A stretch of DNA of 60,115 nt, counting the filler. It is 6 parts of 6 records of this genome, joined end to end, with 100 filler letters (N's around TTAATTAATTAA, not from the genome) between each part and the next. Parts side by side here need not be neighbours in the genome. Positions count along the whole stretch, not along the records: positions 13,367 to 25,061 come from SRR31147125_3431; positions 25,162 to 32,163 come from SRR31147125_3439; 4 more parts are not named here. One strand, given 5' to 3'. Below are positions 23,201 through 31,129 of this stretch, piece after piece. The notes beneath the pieces are model-generated. The model was not told the origin of the DNA, did no database searches, and worked only from the letters and a program-made list of their open reading frames with translations. Each line of letters starts with the position of its first letter. Positions within the stretch are counted from its first letter, which is position 1. The translations under genes were made by a program, and so were the position numbers.

Positions 23201-23672
23201 ATGAAGTGGCAGCCGATGCCCGCCTTTTCGATCTTGGACTGGATTCTCTTATGGCGGTGGAGCTCAAAAACACCATTGAGAAAAACCTCGATTGCCGATT
23301 GAAATCGACCCTGGTTTTCGACTACCCCACCGTCGAGACTCTCACCGGTTACCTGATGGAAAACATTCCCATGGAAGCTACTCGGCAAGAGTCGAATTCG
23401 GCAGAGCATCTTGTTCCTTCAACGGAAAAAAACCGGACAAGATTACCGACACTTCTACGACTGAAAAAGAATCCCATTATGATGAGAATTCCTCTTGGGA
23501 CGGAAAATCCCGCCAGTCAACGCCACCCTCAAATACAGAGCAATATCTCGATGAAGGCCGTGACGGTTTCATCTACACAAAGAAGACGGTCGAGGAAGCG
23601 GTGGCTGCTTTGAGTGATGAAGAAGCCGAGATGTTGCTTCTCAAGGAACTGGAAGAGCTCGATCTATCATGA
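17259..23672 (+). CDS. Single-module type I PKS, KS-AT-DH-KR-ACP (about 2100 aa), split by three frameshifts near 20290-20350, 22365 and 23430
   Basis: KS DTACSS/HGTGT/KTNIGH; AT GHSVG and HAFHS (malonyl type); DH HPLI..HRIFERMVVSA..HPGLIDS; KR GGMGGLG/HTAGFLNDG/NYASAN; ACP GLDSLMAVEL; docking tail LSDEEAEMLLLKEL. Confidence 0.9.
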
Positions 23673-25061
23673 CCTACACCCAATCGACATCCAAGCCCCT
23701 ATCCCCAGTCAAACAAGCGCTACTGGCAATCAAAAAACTTCAGGGAAAATACGATGATCTGAAAGCGCAAAAAAACGAACCCATTGCCGTTATCGGTATG
23801 GGGTGTCGATTTCCAGGTGGCGCCGACACGCCCGATGAGTATTGGGAGCTATTGAAAGACGGACGAGACGCCATCATGGAGGTCCCTGATTACAGATGGG
23901 ATATCGATAGCTGTTTCGACCCAAACCCGGAAACACCCGGCAAAATGTATTGTCGATACGGCGGTTTTCTCGGGCCCGTGGATGGATTCGACAGTCTCTT
24001 TTTCGGCCTTTCCCCTCGGGAGGTGGCCCGCATGGATCCTCAACATCGATTGGTATTGGAGGTGGCATGGGAAACCCTTGAACATGCAGGAATTCCCGCA
24101 TCGGAAGTGCATGGTGCGCCTGTGGGCGTTTTCTTGGGTAGTACCGCCTTTGATTACGGAACTCTTCTTTTCGGAGAGGGGGATCTCACCCGCATCGACG
24201 CCTTTTCCGGCACCGGCGGTACCCTCGGACCGGCAGCCGGACGCCTTTCCTATCTATTGGGATTGACCGGTCCGAGTTTCGTACTGGACACAGCTTGCTC
24301 ATCATCCATCGTGTCCGTCCATTTGGCATGTCAGAGTCTCAGAAACCGAGAGTGTGAGATGGCCCTTGCAGGGGGAGTGAATCTGGTGCTCATTCCGGCG
24401 GGTACGATCAACTTCTGTAAAGCGCGCATGCTTGCACCGGACGGACGTTGCAAAGCATTCGATGCTGCTGCCGACGGTTATGTTCGCGGTGAAGGATGCG
24501 GTATGGTGCTCTTAAAACGCCTCTCGGACGTCGTCCCCGATCATGACCGTATTTTGGCCCTGCTCAAAGGGTCGGCAGTGAATCAGGATGGACCTTCCGG
24601 CGGGTTTACCGTCCCATCCGGCCCGGCCCAGGAAAAGGTGATTCAATCCGCTCTGAGTGCAGCAGGGGTATCGCCTGAGCAGATCGACTACATCGAGGCC
24701 CACGGCACAGGAACCGCCTTGGGAGATCCCATCGAAGTGGAAGCTCTTGGTTCGGTATTCGGGCCATACAAAACAGCTGCATCGCCGCTTCACATCGGAT
24801 CGGTCAAGACCAACTTCGGTCACCTGGAGGCGGCAGCAGGCATCGCCTCCCTTATAAAGGTGATTCTCTCCTTGAATCATGACACGATTCCGCCCCATCT
24901 TCACTTCAACACTCCCAATCCCAGGGTGGAGTGGGATGCATTGCCGATTCAGGTCACAAAGGAATCCACTCCATGGAAAGAAAACGGAGACTCCAGGTTT
25001 GCCGGAATCTCATGTTTCGGATTCTCCGGGACCAATGCCCATCTCATTGTCGGGGAAGCCC
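23669..25061 (+). CDS. Type I modular PKS, N-terminal docking domain plus KS; 3'-truncated
   Basis: LSPVKQALLAIKKLQ docking helix, EPIAVIGMGCRFPGG, DTACSSS, HGTGT, KTNFGHLEAAAG, FGFSGTNAH. Confidence 0.95.
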
Positions 25062-25161
25062 NNNNNNNNNNNNNNNNNNNNNNNNNNNNNNNNNNNNNNN
25101 NNNNNTTAATTAATTAANNNNNNNNNNNNNNNNNNNNNNNNNNNNNNNNNNNNNNNNNNNN
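25062..25161. other. Artificial contig spacer
   Basis: N-run containing TTAATTAATTAA. Confidence 0.99.
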
Positions 25162-25271
25162 GGGGCGACGCAAGCCCCCATAATAGATTCAGAATATCAT
25201 TTATCCAAAATCAACACCCATGGTGTCATTATTATCCACCCATAAAAGAAGTATAAACTGTAAATCTAAGC

Positions 25272-25324
25272 TTGGTATCAGTTTTCAAATACCAAAAAAA
25301 TATTTTTTGGATAAAACCTTATCC
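25272..25324. promoter_or_regulatory. Candidate upstream activator sequences (enhancer) for the sigma-54 promoter
   Basis: Inverted repeats TTGGTAT-N10-ATACCAA (25272-25295) and GGATAA-N4-TTATCC (25309-25324), 105-155 bp upstream of the -24 box. Confidence 0.4.
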
Positions 25325-25427
25325 GCTACTCTCTAAATAGAAATAGCTCTCACTTATCACCAAACATCAAAACCCCATAACACATACATCAACCACCTCA
25401 ATAATGAATTAAGCAAAAAAAACGAGA

Positions 25428-25443
25428 TGGCACACCTCTTGCT
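25428..25443 (+). promoter_or_regulatory. Sigma-54 (RpoN) -24/-12 promoter
   Basis: TGGCAC-ACCTC-TTGCT matches TGGCAC-N5-TTGCW exactly; ends about 40 nt upstream of the radical SAM start codon. Confidence 0.85.
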
Positions 25444-25485
25444 AACATCATTCGGCTCAACCCTCTTCAAAAGAAAGGACGGCCG

Positions 25486-26829
25486 ATGAAAGCATCGATG
25501 TTTAATAAAATATATCCATTAAATGAGAAGGGTACTAAATATCTAATTTACAACACCTTTCACGATCACCAGATAATTGTTAGCAACGGAGACATCCTTG
25601 TAACAGATTTTTTTATAAAAATAGCTCAAGGAAAGAAACTAAACAAAGAAGAAGAAAAAGCAGCTTCAGAACTAGCAAAACTGGGAATAATTTTAGAAAA
25701 CGATGTTGACGAACTTGAAATATTTAACAACTGGTTCACAAACAAAATCCGTGAAGATAGTGACTATCTCAATATCACAATACTAACCTCTATGAAATGC
25801 AACCTCAGCTGTGATTATTGCTATGAAAAATCGGTCGCAACCAATGACATAATGGATGATGAGACAGTAAAAACTATTGTCTCTTTTTTATTAAAAAAAA
25901 TCATCTCATCATCTCCCAGCAAGATCCATATCGAATTCTATGGCGGCGAACCAATGACAAACATGGATGCCGTTACATATATTGCCGAAACGATAAAACA
26001 TTATTGCAAGTGGAGTGAAAGAAAAATAACCATAGGGATCACAACCAATGGGACATTACTAACCTCAAAAAACGCCGAAAGACTAAAAACAGCCGGAATT
26101 GACAGGCTTAAAATAACCCTGGATGGCTCCGAAGAATATCATGATAAAAAAAGATTTTTCAAAAAAACTCGAAAAGGAACTTTTGAAGCAATCTTCAACA
26201 ATCTAAACAACAACTCAGATGGTTTTGAAATACTAATCGGTGGCAACTTCGACAATAACAACTATAACAGCTTTCCTCTCCTAATTGAAGAACTCAAAAA
26301 ATCTAATTTTAGAGACAGGATTCGACATGTCAACTTCAAACCTATCATAGAAAATTTTGGTGGCAAAAAAGCATTTTGTCATATGAGCACACAAGATCCT
26401 TCAAATTATTCTAATAAAAGACTTTCTCAAATGCTCTATTTAAGGAAATTAATAAACGCTTCCGGACTGCCAACTTCAAACCAAATAGCTCTAGGCCCGT
26501 GTGAGTTCTACCGAAAAAACTCCCTAACCATAGACACTAATGGAGAAATCTATAGCTGTCCTGCCTTTGTCGGCAGGAAGAATTTCACTATCGGAAATAT
26601 CAACTTAATCAAATATTCAAAGCGTGGAGACTATTTCCACTCTCTCAAACCATGGCAACAAGACGACAATTGTGACAAGTGCGGCTATCTTCCTATTTGT
26701 GCTGGAGGTTGCAGGGCTAACGCATGGAATCAAAACAAAACGATCGAAGACGTTTCGTGTGATAAAGAATTTTTCAACCAAATCATCAACTCTGTGATCG
26801 TGTTACCAAACACAGAACACATTGCCTAA
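25486..26829 (+). CDS. Radical SAM/SPASM peptide maturase with a probable N-terminal RRE
   Basis: CNLSCDYC (CX3CX2C); FYGGEP; SPASM GPC...NGEIYSCPAF...CDKCGYLPICAGGC...SC; about 90-aa N-terminal extension typical of peptide maturases. Confidence 0.92.
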   Translation: MKASMFNKIYPLNEKGTKYLIYNTFHDHQIIVSNGDILVTDFFIKIAQGKKLNKEEEKAASELAKLGIILENDVDELEIFNNWFTNKIREDSDYLNITILTSMKCNLSCDYCYEKSVATNDIMDDETVKTIVSFLLKKIISSSPSKIHIEFYGGEPMTNMDAVTYIAETIKHYCKWSERKITIGITTNGTLLTSKNAERLKTAGIDRLKITLDGSEEYHDKKRFFKKTRKGTFEAIFNNLNNNSDGFEILIGGNFDNNNYNSFPLLIEELKKSNFRDRIRHVNFKPIIENFGGKKAFCHMSTQDPSNYSNKRLSQMLYLRKLINASGLPTSNQIALGPCEFYRKNSLTIDTNGEIYSCPAFVGRKNFTIGNINLIKYSKRGDYFHSLKPWQQDDNCDKCGYLPICAGGCRANAWNQNKTIEDVSCDKEFFNQIINSVIVLPNTEHIA

Positions 26830-26865
26830 ATCCTATTAGTTAACATGAAAGGAGGTGATATCGAT

Positions 26866-26943
26866 ATGACTATTGAAATAGTAAAAAAAGGAGATAACGT
26901 TGATTCTCCTAAGCCACTAATGTGTCTCCCAGTATGGATATAA
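26866..26943 (+). CDS. Putative RiPP precursor peptide, 25 aa, MTIEIVKKGDNVDSPKPLMCLPVWI (absent from the ORF track)
   Basis: Near-perfect SD AAAGGAGGTGA at 26848-26858, 7 nt before the ATG; 36 nt after the rSAM stop; followed by a terminator. Has a leader-like IEIVKKG and a hydrophobic Cys/Trp core. Confidence 0.82.
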   Translation: MTIEIVKKGDNVDSPKPLMCLPVWI

Positions 26944-26983
26944 AAAGTCTTTCCACATAAAAGGAAGGATACAGGGATATCAG

Positions 26984-27017
26984 AAAAAAGAGGAGTCTAA
27001 TTGATTCCTCTTTTTTT
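26984..27017 (+). terminator. Rho-independent terminator closing the rSAM-peptide transcript
   Basis: AAAAAAGAGGAGTC-TAATT-GATTCCTC-TTTTTTT. Confidence 0.8.
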
Positions 27018-27073
27018 GGAACCAGACATACATATATTGCAATAATAGATCATATTAGATATGCCTAATTTTA

Positions 27074-28648
27074 ATGAATAGACGCCCAAAAAGATATTTT
27101 TCATTACTCATATGCTACTTACCGTTAATCTTTTTGTCGACATTACTATATTCACCCGTTTGTAATTCTGAAAGCTATGGTGGGAATTTAGCGATTGGTT
27201 ATTTTGGACAAATCGAAGAAATCAACCCAACAGAAACAAACTCTGGAATAGGAGGGAATTTAATAGATATTGTTTTCGACTCGCTCCTTGAAATAGGGGA
27301 TGATGGAAATTTACTTCCAAGAATATCCGAGGAATGGTCAATTTCACAAGATCGACTTCTCTGGACATTTCACCTCCAAAAAAATATTCAATTTCATGAT
27401 GGGACTCCACTCACAGCCAAAGATGTAAAGTCTACTTATGAAGAAATCTTAAAGAAGAAATCGGGCCCCTATTTCAACTTTCTCAAACACATAAAGAACA
27501 TAACAGTAGTGGATGAGCACACTCTAAAAATTGAACTCAGCCAAAACGACAATACATTTCCCATTGCACTCTATGCAATTGGAATTGCAAAGAATGATGG
27601 GAAGTACATCGGTTCAGGACCTTTTCAACTTATATCGTCATCTTCCAAGGAAGCTTTTCTAAAAGCCAACACAAATCATTTCAGAGGACGTCCTTACTTG
27701 GATTCAGTCACTGTTAGATTTTTTCCAACTCAGAGAGCTAATCTTGCAGCACTTACATCAAAAGAAGTCGATATGCTCTATATCCATGATCAAAATGATT
27801 ACGGAATTCTTCGAAAGATTGCTCATATTAAAGTTTATCCATTAAAAACTCAAACAATGTCCATGGTTTTTCTCAACAACTCAAAAGAAATTTTCAGAGA
27901 CACTCTCGTTCGAAAAGCTCTAAACTATGCAATAGACAATAACAGAATCATAGAAACAGTCTTGAAGGGCAATGGTGATACAGCATTCACATTTGTTACC
28001 AATGAAAATGAATTATTCAATCCTGACATAGAAAAGTACAACTATGCACCTGATAAAGCGCTAGACTTGCTTAACAGCGCGGGATGGAAGAGTAAAGACT
28101 TCATACTCAAAAAAGACGGCGTCCCCTTTGAATTCATCTTAAATGTGATTAAAGAAAATGATCTACATAAAAACGTAGCCAGAGTTATTCAACAGCAACT
28201 AGACGAAATTGGCATTAGAGTACACATTAACCTTGTCCCATTCAACGAATTACTAAAAAACCTTTACAATGACAAAAATTACGATGCAGCAATAATCTCG
28301 GCAAACTTTAGATATAATCTTTTTAACAACTACTCGCTATGGCATTCGTCGCAAAGAGACAAAGGATCTAATTTTTCATTATACAAAAACTTAAAAGCAG
28401 ATATTGCTCTAGAAACAGCCAGAAAAACAAGCGAACATGAAATTTTAAAAAAATCATACATGAAATTTCAAAAAGAGATCAATAGCGACCCTCCTGTCAT
28501 ATTTCTCTTTTGGCTAAACTTTGCACTTGGCATAAACAAAGACTTTAAAAACATACCAGACAAACCAGACCTTTTTTTCAAAGCCTTACCAAACATATGG
28601 CTTGAAAAAGAAGTTCTAACCACAGGAAATCTTAGTTATGGAAAATAG
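27074..28648 (+). CDS. ABC transporter substrate-binding protein, family 5 (OppA/DppA/AppA-like)
   Basis: Signal peptide; family-5 signature WTFHLQKNIQFHDGTPLTAKDV; GSGPF; VRKALNYAID; WHSSQ. Confidence 0.9.
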   Translation: MNRRPKRYFSLLICYLPLIFLSTLLYSPVCNSESYGGNLAIGYFGQIEEINPTETNSGIGGNLIDIVFDSLLEIGDDGNLLPRISEEWSISQDRLLWTFHLQKNIQFHDGTPLTAKDVKSTYEEILKKKSGPYFNFLKHIKNITVVDEHTLKIELSQNDNTFPIALYAIGIAKNDGKYIGSGPFQLISSSSKEAFLKANTNHFRGRPYLDSVTVRFFPTQRANLAALTSKEVDMLYIHDQNDYGILRKIAHIKVYPLKTQTMSMVFLNNSKEIFRDTLVRKALNYAIDNNRIIETVLKGNGDTAFTFVTNENELFNPDIEKYNYAPDKALDLLNSAGWKSKDFILKKDGVPFEFILNVIKENDLHKNVARVIQQQLDEIGIRVHINLVPFNELLKNLYNDKNYDAAIISANFRYNLFNNYSLWHSSQRDKGSNFSLYKNLKADIALETARKTSEHEILKKSYMKFQKEINSDPPVIFLFWLNFALGINKDFKNIPDKPDLFFKALPNIWLEKEVLTTGNLSYGK

Positions 28649-29342
28649 TATTTCAAACATGGAATTGATTGCTTCTTTTTCATTGATAATCATAATTATA
28701 GCAATTTCGAAGATAAAAAATTTCGGCATAGGAAAAGATATTATCTCGTGCTCAATACGGGCTTTTGTTCAACTTATTTTAATGGGTTACGTTATTCAAA
28801 TTTTATTTAAAATCGAAACTACGCCACTCCTCCTAGCAATCCTCCTAGCAATGTCGGCTATTGCTGCCATAAATCCTTCAAAGAGGGCTCCAGAAATCCC
28901 TCATCTATACTGGATTATACTATCGTCTCTATTTTTGAGCTCGGTCTTAGCTCTTGTCCCCCTCACACTCACCGGTGTAGTTGAAAATAACGCAAAAATT
29001 ATTATTCCACTTGGAGGCATGATTATTGCCAATTCAATGGCCGCATCTTCTATTTTCATCGACAGATTTAAATCAGAGCAACTAAAAACGTCTGAAGGTG
29101 ATATTCATTCTAAACTAAAGATTTCATTCAAAACAGCAACAATCCCGGTAATTGACACAACAAAAATAACCGGACTTGTGAGCGTCCCTGGAATAATGGT
29201 TGGAATGATAATGAGTGGTGTCTCACCTATCGTCGCTGTAAAGTACCAAATAGCAATTCTTTATATGATACTTTTTTCATATATAATTTCTTTATTTTTT
29301 ACATTTACAATACTTGGAAAAACAATTTCAAAAAAACGATAA
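28638..29342 (+). CDS. FetB/YbbM (UPF0014) ABC-permease-like membrane protein
   Basis: IRAFVQLILMGY, IIPLGGMIIANSM, GLVSVPGIMVGMIMSGVSPIVAVKYQI motifs. Confidence 0.85.
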   Translation: MENSISNMELIASFSLIIIIIAISKIKNFGIGKDIISCSIRAFVQLILMGYVIQILFKIETTPLLLAILLAMSAIAAINPSKRAPEIPHLYWIILSSLFLSSVLALVPLTLTGVVENNAKIIIPLGGMIIANSMAASSIFIDRFKSEQLKTSEGDIHSKLKISFKTATIPVIDTTKITGLVSVPGIMVGMIMSGVSPIVAVKYQIAILYMILFSYIISLFFTFTILGKTISKKR

Positions 29343-31069
29343 TGAAAAGTATATCGACAAAACTGATAGCCCTACTTACAACAGCTGCAATATTACCGCT
29401 GATTCTATTTGGCATACTCACAATTATAAACGCCAGAGAAACTGCAATAATCAGCATTCAAAAAGGAAATATCCAGTCGGCACGATACGCATCTGGCCAA
29501 ATAATGCAATACATCAATAATTCACTAAACATTCTCGAGTCCCTAGCCCAAAATATCAATAACCCTGATATAAGCTCATATCAGCGAGAGCGAATACTAA
29601 GAAACTATGCAATCAATTTTAAAGAATTTAACTATATAGAGACTGTAAAAATGAATGGCTTCGTCCTAACATCTACCAAACTCGAAAAGGACGGTCATAA
29701 GACAAGAGCATTAATGAGTTCTTCAGAATTCAACCCCAAAGACAACCGCCTCTCAGAGGTCTTTATAACCACCGACAAAACTCCTGCCATGACCATTTCA
29801 ACACCTCTAAAGCATCTTGGAAACACAAATGGAATACTCGTTGCCGAACTTGACCTTATGAACATGTGGCATTTAGTTGATGAAATGACCATTGGGAAAA
29901 AGGGATATGTAAACATAGTAACTGGCAGCGGCCGATTAATTGCAAGTGGCCACCCATCACTAAAACAAGAGATCTTTAAAGAAGGTGTTTATAGAAACAT
30001 AGATACACTTCAAAATTTTGAATCATCTTCAAACAACTCCCTCTTTACGTTACAAAATGGTGACGAAGAGATAACGTTAGCTATAATTAAACTCCCTAAC
30101 CCACTCAACTGGTTCATAGTAATCGAACAACCGGCAAAAGAAGCTTACTTATTAGCAACCTCAATGACGATAAACTTGATAACACTAATAGTGTTATTCA
30201 TATTAATAGTAACAATAACGGGCTACTTCAGTGGTAGAAAACTTTTTGTAAAACCTATTCAAACACTAATTCTAATGACAAAGAAAATAGCTGGCGGAAA
30301 TTTATCTCAACATATAACCTTAAACAGCAATGATGAGCTCGGAGAATTAGCGAAATCATTTAACCAAATGTCCCATAACTTAATTGAACTCAAAGAAAAT
30401 GTTAGAAAAAAAGAACGAATGGCTGTATTTGGACGCATAGCCTCCGGCCTTGCTCACGATCTTAAACATCCTATTCAAAGCATAAAAAATGTATGCAGAC
30501 TATTAACTCAAAACAATAACGCTGACTATTCAGATATTGTTAATTCTACTTTTACCCGTGAATTCCAGAAAATAGACAGCTTCCTAGAAAACCTTCACAA
30601 CCTAACTAAAGACATCCCATATAATCCAGTTAATCTTGACCCAAATAAGGTTTTATTAGAGACTATTATCAATTTCCAGCAACAGCTCATAGACAGCTCA
30701 ATTGAATTACACCTAAAACTTACCGAAAGCCCGACACTAATTCATGCTGATCGTTTTTCTTTAATTAGAATTTTTTCAAATTTAATTTTAAACGCTATCC
30801 AAGCATGCAGCGATGGAGATTCCATCACTATAAAAAGCGAAAAAATGAATCCAAAACTATTTATTATTGAAATAGAAGATACCGGTCGAGGCATCGAAAA
30901 GGACGAAATCAATAATATTTTTCAGGATTTTACAACAACAAAACATAGCGGACTAGGCCTCGGACTTGCCCTTTGCAAGCGAATATTGGACCAACATAAT
31001 GCTAAAATATATGTAGAAAGCAAAGTTAACAAAGGAACGATTTTTAAACTAACTTTTAATAGACTTTAA
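29342..31069 (+). CDS. Membrane sensor histidine kinase (Cache-like periplasmic domain, HAMP, HisKA, HATPase)
   Basis: Two TM helices around an extracytoplasmic domain; HAMP DELGELAKSFNQM; H-box LAHDLKHP; N-box NLILNAIQA; DTGRGI; GLGLGL. Confidence 0.93.
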   Translation: MKSISTKLIALLTTAAILPLILFGILTIINARETAIISIQKGNIQSARYASGQIMQYINNSLNILESLAQNINNPDISSYQRERILRNYAINFKEFNYIETVKMNGFVLTSTKLEKDGHKTRALMSSSEFNPKDNRLSEVFITTDKTPAMTISTPLKHLGNTNGILVAELDLMNMWHLVDEMTIGKKGYVNIVTGSGRLIASGHPSLKQEIFKEGVYRNIDTLQNFESSSNNSLFTLQNGDEEITLAIIKLPNPLNWFIVIEQPAKEAYLLATSMTINLITLIVLFILIVTITGYFSGRKLFVKPIQTLILMTKKIAGGNLSQHITLNSNDELGELAKSFNQMSHNLIELKENVRKKERMAVFGRIASGLAHDLKHPIQSIKNVCRLLTQNNNADYSDIVNSTFTREFQKIDSFLENLHNLTKDIPYNPVNLDPNKVLLETIINFQQQLIDSSIELHLKLTESPTLIHADRFSLIRIFSNLILNAIQACSDGDSITIKSEKMNPKLFIIEIEDTGRGIEKDEINNIFQDFTTTKHSGLGLGLALCKRILDQHNAKIYVESKVNKGTIFKLTFNRL

Positions 31070-31129
31070 GCCAAGCTCATCACTTGGCTCTTGAAAATCA
31101 ACAAGTAAGGTCGTATACTTTCAAGCAAT

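Noticed and set aside
16940-23435. Programmed frameshifting or split-module PKS architecture
   Set aside because: Breaks fall mid-domain or in linkers at homopolymers and match the window-wide indel pattern.
25162-25180. GC hairpin ending in CCA as a tRNA/ncRNA 3' end
   Set aside because: Too short, cut by the contig edge, no T-arm consensus.
25201-25327. DnaA-box cluster / oriC
   Set aside because: No perfect TTATCCACA, no dnaA or other origin-linked genes; an enhancer explanation fits the downstream sigma-54 promoter better.
25486-26829. Anaerobic sulfatase maturase linked to the sulfotransferase
   Set aside because: Different contig, no sulfatase nearby, and an RRE-like extension plus adjacent peptide fit a RiPP maturase better.
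23669-26943. PKS plus rSAM/peptide as one hybrid cluster
   Set aside because: Separated by a contig spacer and clearly different in base composition; the adjacency is artificial.
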